Assembly (NCBI RefSeq): GCF_000008645.1
Contig: NC_000916.1
Coordinates: forward strand, 30,001-62,000
Length of the DNA: 32,000 bases
Source of the DNA: Methanothermobacter thermautotrophicus str. Delta H
Lineage (GTDB): Archaea; Methanobacteriota; Methanobacteria; Methanobacteriales; Methanothermobacteraceae
Direction: 5' to 3'
Under the pieces are notes generated by a model, which saw only the letters and a list, made by a program, of their open reading frames with translations, searched no databases and was not told the DNA's origin. Below, piece by piece: positions 15,678 through 22,565 of this stretch. Positions within the stretch are counted from its first letter, which is position 1. Each line of letters opens with the position of its first letter. A program made the translations under genes and the position numbers.

Positions 15678-18171
15678 CCCACCTCAAACTACCATCAGGA
15701 TTCTTCGGTATTTCAATATAGTGTATACAATGATCCTCACCAACATAACATCTCAACTCATAACCATCGTACCAGGAACGATGATACGATATATACTTCC
15801 AATACTCTTTTGGAAGATAATAATCTCTAAAGCTCAATATTTTATCACCAAACCACATACAAAACCCAATTGACCCTAATATCGCCCCAGCACCTCCTTT
15901 TGACACGTATCCAAAAACAGTAAGTAAAATATCTATAATGTCTTTTGGAATGTATGTTTGGTGTTCTATGATGAATTTTTTGATATCGTCTGTGATGTTT
16001 TGGAGGCTTGTGTAGGCTATTGTTGTTGCATATGCTGCCATGTTGAGTCCTATAAGTCCCTGACCCACAAGAGCATAATTGAGGATATCAACGAAAGCCA
16101 TTGGACCTTCCAGGGCAATGTACATGGAGATTACAAGGCCAATATAGGCCTTCTTGATACTATCATCTAAACCTTCAAGGTTTACTGTGCCATTACCATC
16201 CAAGAGCGAATCTAACTTTTCAGAGAATATTATGGCTTGGCCAAGTTCCCGGGCCCATTCTGTTTGTTGGTGGTAGTAGCAGTATGCTCCCATGAAAGCA
16301 TAGATCATGTCCCTTACTATCCCTGTTGCATGGTCTATGATGAGGTATCTTCCCTGCCCGTCACTGATAAGCGTGTAATTCCCGCTTTCGAGGATGTTTA
16401 GTGACCCGCCGTTGAGGAGTGTTAGGCCTATTCCTGTTGTGGGCGCGCTTGTGGGGTCTGATCCTGGGAAGAGGGCCTCCATCACATAGTATTCTATTGG
16501 ATTTATAGCTGATGTTCTCGCATAATTGAATGCTTTAATGTTTTCGGGTGTGCCTTCTGCTTTCACGGCCATGTTGTGGTTGCATTCGAGGCTTATCCAT
16601 GTCCCTGGGCTGTGGTCTCCTGCTGAGACCATCACTGGCATGGTCCTGGTCCATGTTACATTATAGCGCGTGGCTGCTTCTTCTGCGATGAGATCGTGGA
16701 GGTATATTACTTCAAGGCCTGTTAGGAATGTTCCGTGGGCTGCCTTTAATGGTCCGGGCTCGTATGTCCTGTTTAGCCACTTTTGTAATGTCTGGTTTGT
16801 TATCTTCCCTGTGGCGAGGGTGTAGGTTATGATGGCGTCGTAGTTGCTAGCCTCCCAGATGAGAGTGTCGTTTATTATGATATTGGGTCCTGTTTCTCCT
16901 GGTGGGTGTATGTATTGGCCGTTTGTGTAGAGTAGGAGGAGTGTTCTTGTTGATTTGTTCCCTGGGAATGTTATATTGGCTATTGTCACCTTTTCCTCGC
17001 CGGGATACTCCACACTGACCTGTAAAGGGTCTATGCACTTGTTATAGTTTGTGAGTATGAATATCTTTTCTGCCTGGGTTAAATTGAAGTTGTTGAGATA
17101 TTCATTCACTTGAGGTTCTGCTCCGAGTTTTGTGTAAATTTCTATGAGTCTGTTCAGGCCAGCTATGACTTGCCAGACTATTTCTCTTTGACTCTGGCTG
17201 TTAGCCTGGTAGAATGGGTTAGTGACCTCGGCTAGTTTGTATGCTATGCCATCCTCCACAAGGAATATTGTTTCATTGAATAGGCCCGAAGATATAGCCC
17301 CTATACTAATCCATTTAACCGTGTCATTGAGCGGAATTTTAAATGTTAAATTTAGGGGCTTCCCAGAGGATGTTGCCGTGGAATTAACATGGACCGTTGC
17401 AAGCATAACCTCCAATGTAATAGTCTTCGTGTCTGTTATGCCATAGCCTTGGACTGTTAGGGTTACTTTGTAGGTTCCTGGTTTGTAGGCGTGTACTGGA
17501 TTCTTCTGGGTGCTTGTGCTTTGGTCTCCGAAGTCCCATTTGTAGTATTGTATTGTCCCTGTACTTTTATCCTGGAATTGGACATTATAGCCTTGTATTG
17601 TGTAGGTGTAGTCTGCCCTTGGCCTTACTATAATTCCACCCTTACCTGTAACATATTCTACTGTTACATAGTTTGGTAGTCTTCCTGTGCTGTTGTAGAA
17701 GTTTATTATCCTTGCATTGGCATATATTAGGCTTTCTGGGCGGACTTGTCCAATGGCTGTGCTGGCATAATTCGGCGACCTCCCATAGGATTCCATGAAA
17801 GCCTTAACATTCTTTGCCACCTGCAAGTATCCTGCTTTTTGGAGTGTTCCTGTTCCTGTTCCACTTGGACTGGGCGGGGAGGCCATACTATTGAATGACA
17901 AGCCAACTCTCCTACCCTGATCGAGGTTTATGATGGTTGAGGATGAGGCGTAGAGGTAGTCGTCTGCCGACACATTCTTACCGTTAATCACAACCTGTGA
18001 TGGTATTTTTTCATGTTGTGCAGTGTAGTTTCCGATCAGCTTTGAAACGTCACAAATCTCATCATAGGATAAACTCACAGCTGAAGAACTGCCCAAAAGA
18101 CAGAAAAAGGACAGGATCGCCAGAAAAAACAACAACCTCCTCACAGCCACCACCATAATATGATAACACAT
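15658..18171 (-). CDS. Large secreted protein A: signal peptide, 2 pseudomurein-binding-like repeats, PKD domain, unassigned ~300-aa domain, junction block, variable hydrophobic C-terminus with a conserved His/Cys end module (polymorphic-toxin-like)
   Basis: 837-aa ORF. IGNYTAQHEKIPSQVVINGKNVSADDYLYASSSTI and VKAFMESYGRSPNYASTAIGQVRPESLIYANARII resemble PMBR repeats. YKWDFGDQSTSTQKNPVHAYKPGTYKVTLTV is a classic PKD signature. Residues 23-640 are identical to protein B. The start may be ATG 18156 (MVVAVRRLL). Confidence 0.7.
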   Translation of the reverse strand: MCYHIMVVAVRRLLFFLAILSFFCLLGSSSAVSLSYDEICDVSKLIGNYTAQHEKIPSQVVINGKNVSADDYLYASSSTIINLDQGRRVGLSFNSMASPPSPSGTGTGTLQKAGYLQVAKNVKAFMESYGRSPNYASTAIGQVRPESLIYANARIINFYNSTGRLPNYVTVEYVTGKGGIIVRPRADYTYTIQGYNVQFQDKSTGTIQYYKWDFGDQSTSTQKNPVHAYKPGTYKVTLTVQGYGITDTKTITLEVMLATVHVNSTATSSGKPLNLTFKIPLNDTVKWISIGAISSGLFNETIFLVEDGIAYKLAEVTNPFYQANSQSQREIVWQVIAGLNRLIEIYTKLGAEPQVNEYLNNFNLTQAEKIFILTNYNKCIDPLQVSVEYPGEEKVTIANITFPGNKSTRTLLLLYTNGQYIHPPGETGPNIIINDTLIWEASNYDAIITYTLATGKITNQTLQKWLNRTYEPGPLKAAHGTFLTGLEVIYLHDLIAEEAATRYNVTWTRTMPVMVSAGDHSPGTWISLECNHNMAVKAEGTPENIKAFNYARTSAINPIEYYVMEALFPGSDPTSAPTTGIGLTLLNGGSLNILESGNYTLISDGQGRYLIIDHATGIVRDMIYAFMGAYCYYHQQTEWARELGQAIIFSEKLDSLLDGNGTVNLEGLDDSIKKAYIGLVISMYIALEGPMAFVDILNYALVGQGLIGLNMAAYATTIAYTSLQNITDDIKKFIIEHQTYIPKDIIDILLTVFGYVSKGGAGAILGSIGFCMWFGDKILSFRDYYLPKEYWKYISYHRSWYDGYELRCYVGEDHCIHYIEIPKNPDGSLRWDEAVYI
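16252..18105. repeat. Long direct repeat, copy 1 (partner 24753-26606, offset 8501), apparently 100% identical
   Basis: The encoded proteins are identical. Three pairs of alternative-frame ORFs are also identical with the same offset (16847/25348, 17222/25723, 17491/25992). The boundary lines were compared by eye. Confidence 0.85.
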
Positions 18172-18222
18172 TATAGTATAAAAAGATTACTATCTCTTTT
18201 AGGGGCGAAAAATATAAAAGGT
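18172..18222 (-). promoter_or_regulatory. Conserved promoter region of protein A (two TATA-like elements)
   Basis: The minus strand reads cTTTTATATTTTTcg..cTTTTTATACTATA directly upstream of the ATGs. The same ~50 nt recur at 26673-26724 upstream of protein B, and similarity stops beyond them. Confidence 0.4.
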
Positions 18223-18604
18223 GGGATTTAAGACAAGAGCATGAATCCCATCATTACAAGCTTAAACAGGAAAAAATAGGCACTTACCATCCCCCCCAGA
18301 TGGGCAAAGAGAAACCTTATATTGCTGTCATAAAATGATTCTTGTTTACATAATGATTCTTGAGGAGTTTATTTTGTCATGCTTGAAAATAAAATATGTG
18401 GAGGCCGAGAAGAAAACTTTGATAGTCGCTTTTTTGGGAACCTGATATCCCCTTTTGGGTTTGTGTAGTGTGGTGTTTGATCCATTTTTAGGTTATTCTG
18501 GGAGGGGGGGATGAGATTGGAGGCTGCTATTTGGAGGCTAGAAATGTCCTGAGCCTCTTTATTTTGGTATTGGCTTGTTGGTTTGTTGTTGGGTTTAACG
18601 CTCC

Positions 18605-18883
18605 TCAATGATATAGCCGAGAAAGGAGAAGTACACCTACTAGGAGCATTATAACAAAAAGTGTTTCGATCACACCTTTTTCCTCGCCTCTGAACACCTT
18701 CTTCGACAGAAAATAGATTAGCAAAAACATATTTCCCAGTAAAAGACACGTTAACAATATAATAGGTAGTTCAGGCCTAGTAGGCAGTAAAGCCAACTTA
18801 CTACCCGTAAACAGTAAAACCAACAAAATTGTAAAACACGATAACGACCCCAAAAACTGAAAAAGCTTAGATGTATGCTGCAT
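18605..18883 (-). CDS. Small membrane ORF, family 2 (putative immunity-like partner of cassette E1)
   Basis: 92 aa. It shares RPELPIILLTCLLLGNMFLLIYFLSKKVFRGEEKGV with 10384..10662. Its ATG is embedded in the cassette's last codons. Confidence 0.6.
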   Translation of the reverse strand: MQHTSKLFQFLGSLSCFTILLVLLFTGSKLALLPTRPELPIILLTCLLLGNMFLLIYFLSKKVFRGEEKGVIETLFVIMLLVGVLLLSRLYH

Positions 18884-19274
18884 CCTCCCACCTCAAACTA
18901 CCATCAGGATTCTTCGGTATTTCAATATAGTGTATACAATGATCCTCACCAACATAACTTCTCAACTCATAACCATAAATCCAGGTACGATGAATCGAAA
19001 TATACTTCCAATATTCTTGGGGAAGATAATGAGTCCGTATCCTTAAAATCAAATCACCTTCAGCCACTATCACACTTATAAAACCCAAAGGACCCATAAC
19101 AGCAGTGACACCGGCAACAGTTGCAATATCTAATATACCATGGAAAACATCCTCTAGAATGCATGTTTGGTGTTCTATGATGAATTTTTTGATATCGTCT
19201 GTGATGTTTAGGAGGCCTGTGTAGGCTATTATTGTTGCATATGCTGCCATGTTGAGTCCTATAAATCCCTCCAC
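18867..19274 (-). CDS. Orphan C-terminal cassette E1 (5'-truncated; no ATG, listed start is GTG inside ..LVEGFIG..)
   Basis: ..EGFIGLNMAAYATIIAYTGLLNITDDIKKFIIEHQTCILEDVFHGILDIATVAGVTAVMGPLGFISVIVAEGDLILRIRTHYLPQEYWKY..GEDHCIHYIEIPKNPDGSLRWEDAAYI. Homology to the full-length genes begins only at ~19295. Confidence 0.7.
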   Translation of the reverse strand: MEGFIGLNMAAYATIIAYTGLLNITDDIKKFIIEHQTCILEDVFHGILDIATVAGVTAVMGPLGFISVIVAEGDLILRIRTHYLPQEYWKYISIHRTWIYGYELRSYVGEDHCIHYIEIPKNPDGSLRWEDAAYI

Positions 19275-19404
19275 AAGAGCATAATTGAGGATATCCTGGA
19301 ATGTAAATCCACATAGACTTCAACATTATCATGAGTTGTGATATTTTTTATAGGTTTTTTCTAAGATTTTCCAGTTTTTTTGGGCGTGGGGGGCTGCTTT
19401 TCTT

Positions 19405-19647
19405 TTATGCAAGGCCAAAGAAGCCTATAATTACAAGCAAGCCTCCAAGTGCTCTGACAGTTTCATTTTCAGTTTTTCCCAACTCATCCTTGCCTAATAG
19501 GTAAATTAAGAGAAACATGTTCACTATGTAAATGGAATAGACAATTAATTTGCTGATAATATAGGGGAAACGGAGACTAACCACAACCAATGCAGCAGTA
19601 AAATAAGAAAGGAAATAACTAAAATAAAAAATGTACTTTACCATCAT
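19405..19647 (-). CDS. Small membrane ORF, distant family 2 (putative immunity-like partner of cassette D)
   Basis: 80 aa, 3 hydrophobic helices. It shares NMFLLIYLLGK with family 2. RBS AGGAGGA lies in the 13-nt gap after the cassette D stop. Confidence 0.55.
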   Translation of the reverse strand: MMVKYIFYFSYFLSYFTAALVVVSLRFPYIISKLIVYSIYIVNMFLLIYLLGKDELGKTENETVRALGGLLVIIGFFGLA

Positions 19648-19660
19648 ATCATCCTCCTAA

Positions 19661-20164
19661 TCAGATATACACTGCTTCATCCCATCTTAAAGTACCATCT
19701 GGGTTCTTTGGGATTTCAATGTAGTGTATGCAATGGTCTTCGCCAACATAAATTTTAAGTTCATAACCATGCCGCCAAGTTCTATGGTAAGAAACATATT
19801 TCCAATATTCAGTTGGAAGATAATTCGTTCTTACATTCACAATTAAATCACCTTCTGCTAATAGTAGAGAAGCAATCGAAAAAATACCACTTGCCAAGGT
19901 GACACCTTCACTACTAAGCTCTTTTAAACTCCATATAAAAAGAATCCCATCTATAATGTCCCCTCCAATGCATGTTTGGTGTTCTATGATGAATTTTTTG
20001 ATATCGTCTGTGATGTTTAGGAGGCCTGTGTAGGCTATTATTGTTGCATATGCTGCCATGTTGAGTCCTATGAGGCTGGCCCTACATAATCGAAAAAGAG
20101 GGTTTAGGATGGAAAGGTACATGGAGGTTACAAAGCCCAATATAAGCCTTCTTAGTACTATCAT
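19661..20164 (-). CDS. Orphan C-terminal cassette D (5'-truncated; the first ~10 listed residues are an out-of-frame artefact)
   Basis: The core GGDIIDGILFIWSLKELSSEGVTLASGIFSIASLLLAEGDLIVNVRTNYLPTEYWKY is unique. The end module is conserved. DNA homology (..LDGNSTVNLEGLDDSTKKAYIG) starts at ~20200, overlapping the preceding ORF's 3' end. It has the same extra-T frameshift as E2. Confidence 0.7.
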   Translation of the reverse strand: MIVLRRLILGFVTSMYLSILNPLFRLCRASLIGLNMAAYATIIAYTGLLNITDDIKKFIIEHQTCIGGDIIDGILFIWSLKELSSEGVTLASGIFSIASLLLAEGDLIVNVRTNYLPTEYWKYVSYHRTWRHGYELKIYVGEDHCIHYIEIPKNPDGTLRWDEAVYI

Positions 20165-20179
20165 CTAAACCTTCAAGGT

Positions 20180-20425
20180 TTACAGTGCTGTTGCCATCCA
20201 GGAAAAGGACGAGCCTACTACAAAGGTTATGGCCATTAACCATCGTATTTCATCCTCTCTTTCCTTCAATTTGAATTGGAGCCAGAATAGAAGAGAAAAA
20301 ATGAACAAGCCTAAAAGGTCTGCTATTGGAATCAAACCATTAAAATGTTTAATTCCAATGGAAAATAAAATAATATCGAGACAAAGAAGGGAATAAAGTA
20401 TATCGAGCAAAGATTCATAATCCAA
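20180..20425 (-). CDS. Small membrane ORF, family 1 (TTG start, RBS AGGAGGTG at 20433-20440)
   Basis: 81 aa. DYESLLD..EDEIRWLM is paralogous to 15402..15677 and 23298..23534. A decayed cassette-end remnant (~20446-20485) lies directly upstream. Confidence 0.6.
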   Translation of the reverse strand: MDYESLLDILYSLLCLDIILFSIGIKHFNGLIPIADLLGLFIFSLLFWLQFKLKEREDEIRWLMAITFVVGSSFSWMATAL

Positions 20426-20464
20426 GAAAAGACACCTCCTATATCATCCACTTAGACTACCCCA

Positions 20465-20554
20465 TTAGGGTTCGTTTGAGAATTTTAGCCCCATATAGTT
20501 GCCGCGGATCGTAAAATACGCCAAAAACTGAAAAAGCTTAGATGTATACTGCAT
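20465..20554 (-). pseudogene. Truncated family-2 membrane ORF remnant after cassette C
   Basis: MQYTSKLFQFL.. starts inside the last codons of cassette C exactly as in E1/E2, then diverges and stops after 29 codons. Confidence 0.45.
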
Positions 20555-21182
20555 CCTCCCACCTCAAACTACCATCAGGATTCTTCGGTATTTCAATATA
20601 GTGTATACAATGATCCTCACCAACATAACTTCTCAACTCATAACCATAAATCCAGGTACGATGAATCGAAATATACTTCCAATATTCTTGGGGAAGATAA
20701 TGATCTCTAAATGTAAGTATGCCATCACCTATCCGCATACACCATCCAATTGGTTGAAATATTTCACCACCATACCTTACTAACACATATGCCAAAACCT
20801 GGATCAAACAGTGAGCAGTATCTTCTGAGATGTATGTTTGGTGTTCTATGATGAATTTTTTGATATCGTCTGTGATGTTTAGGAGGCTTGTGTAGGCTAT
20901 TATTGTTGCATATGCTGCCATGTTGAGTCCTATAAATCCCTCCACAAGAGCATAATTGAGGATATCAACGAAAGCCATTGGACCTTCCAGGGCAATGTAC
21001 ATGGAGATTACAAGGCCAATATAAGCCTTCTTGATACTATCATCTAAACCTTCAAGGTTTACTGTGCCATTACCATCCAAGAGCGAATCTAACTTTTCAG
21101 ATATTATGGCTTGGCCAAGTTCCCGAGCCCATTCTGTCTGTTGGTGGTAGTAGCAGTATGCTCCCATGAAAGCATAGATCAT
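20538..21182 (-). CDS. Orphan C-terminal cassette C (homology extends 5' to ~21335; no N-terminal domains)
   Basis: The in-frame upstream extension reads TTGIGLTLLNGGSLNILESENYTLISDGQGRYLIIDHATGIVRD-MIYAFMG... The unique core is SEDTAHCLIQVLAYVLVRYGGEIFQPIGWCMRIGDGILTFRDHYLP. The end module is identical to that of E1/E2. Confidence 0.7.
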   Translation of the reverse strand: MIYAFMGAYCYYHQQTEWARELGQAIISEKLDSLLDGNGTVNLEGLDDSIKKAYIGLVISMYIALEGPMAFVDILNYALVEGFIGLNMAAYATIIAYTSLLNITDDIKKFIIEHQTYISEDTAHCLIQVLAYVLVRYGGEIFQPIGWCMRIGDGILTFRDHYLPQEYWKYISIHRTWIYGYELRSYVGEDHCIHYIEIPKNPDGSLRWEDAVYI

Positions 21183-21425
21183 GTCCCTTACTATCCCTGT
21201 TGCATGGTCTATGATGAGGTATCTTCCCTGCCCGTCACTGATAAGCGTGTAATTCTCGCTTTCGAGGATGTTTAGTGACCCGCCGTTGAGGAGTGTTAGG
21301 CCTATTCCTGTTGTGTGGAGGTTTTGATCCTGGGATTTGGGTTTATGGTTGATTTTTTTTGGATGGTGAGTTCTTTCAGGGCTTTTTTGGCTTTTTTGTA
21401 TTCTGGGTCTATTTTCAGGGCTTTT

Positions 21426-22565
21426 TCATAGCATTTTAGTGCTTCTTTGTGTTTGCCGAGTTTTTGTAGTGTTTTTCCTTGCATGTACCATAGTGTTTTG
21501 TTTTGGGGGGTTTAGTTTGAGGGCTTTCTTGTAGCATTTCAGGGATTCCTCTGGTTTTTTGAGGTCTTCTAGGATTATGCCTTTCCATTTCCATGCATCG
21601 GCGAATTCGGGGTTTATTTCAAGGGCTTTTTGAAAGCATTCCAGCGCATCCTTATATTTTCCAAGTTCTTCGAGGACTAGTCCTTTGTTGTTCCATGTTT
21701 TGTCGTCTTCTGGATCTATTTCCAGGGCTTTTTCATAGCATTCTAGTGCCTCCTCATATCTCCCAAGTTCACTGAGGACTACTCCTTTGTTGTTCCATGC
21801 TTCTGCAAGTTTGGGGTTTATCTGTAATGCTTTTTCATAGCATTCTAGTGACTCATCATATCTCCCAAGTTCATTGAAAACTAGTCCTTTGTTGTTCCAA
21901 GCTTTATCATCTTGTGGATTTAATTGGAGAACTTTGTCATAACATTTTAATGCTTCTTCATATATCTTAAGGTTATGTAATGTTATTCCTTTAGTTCCCC
22001 AAGCTCTATAATTTTTTGGATTTAGCTCTATGGCTTTTTCGAAACATTTTAGTGCCTTTTTGTATTTTTTAAGGTAAATTAGAACGGAGCCTTTATTGTA
22101 CCATGCATCTGCAAGTTTGGGGTTTATCTGTAATGCTTTTTCATAGCATTCTAGTGCCTCATCATATCTCCCAAGTTCTTTGAGGACTAGTGCTTTATTG
22201 TTCCATGCTCCTGCATACTTTGGATTTATTTTTAGTGCTTTTTCATAGCATTCTAGTGCCTCATCATATCTCCCAAGTTCTTTGAGGACTAGTCCTTTGT
22301 TGTTCCATGCTTCTGCAAGTTTTGGATTGTTTTTGAGGATTTTTTCATAGCATTCTAAGGCTTTCTCTGGTCTTTTGAGTTTTAGTAGTGTTATTGCATT
22401 GTAGTGGAGGATTTCTGGGTTGTTTGGTCTTGCTTTGAGGGCTTTCCTGAATTCTTTGAGGGCTTCTTTGTATTTTCCCTGTTTTAGGCTTGATCGGCCC
22501 CCAGCAAGGTGCCATCCAGCCTTTCCCTCGGCTATCCAATCCTTTATTTTCTTAAGGGGGTTCAT
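21426..22565 (-). CDS. TPR repeat protein, frameshifted near its 3' end (last TPR units continue in ORF 21302..21484)
   Basis: 379 aa of TPR units. At the G6 run 21505-21510 the frame slips (..KLNPPKQNTMVH.. instead of ..KLNPQ.KTLWYMQGKTLQKLGKH..). ATGA overlap with 22562..23164. Confidence 0.75.
   Translation of the reverse strand: MNPLKKIKDWIAEGKAGWHLAGGRSSLKQGKYKEALKEFRKALKARPNNPEILHYNAITLLKLKRPEKALECYEKILKNNPKLAEAWNNKGLVLKELGRYDEALECYEKALKINPKYAGAWNNKALVLKELGRYDEALECYEKALQINPKLADAWYNKGSVLIYLKKYKKALKCFEKAIELNPKNYRAWGTKGITLHNLKIYEEALKCYDKVLQLNPQDDKAWNNKGLVFNELGRYDESLECYEKALQINPKLAEAWNNKGVVLSELGRYEEALECYEKALEIDPEDDKTWNNKGLVLEELGKYKDALECFQKALEINPEFADAWKWKGIILEDLKKPEESLKCYKKALKLNPPKQNTMVHARKNTTKTRQTQRSTKML

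Noticed and set aside
15658-15831. Interpreting the DHCIHY end module as an HNH/His-Me nuclease or another known toxin domain.
   Set aside because: The spacing and context do not fit HNH: there is no downstream N..H and no second Cys pair, and the module is only ~50 aa following TM helices. I cannot assign it to any named family from sequence alone.
18369-18749. 126-aa ORF overlapping the family-2 membrane ORF 18605..18883.
   Set aside because: It is out of frame with the conserved paralogue pair (10384..10662 and 18605..18883). Its product is low-complexity. Only its 3' tail overlaps the conserved non-coding tail discussed in the findings.
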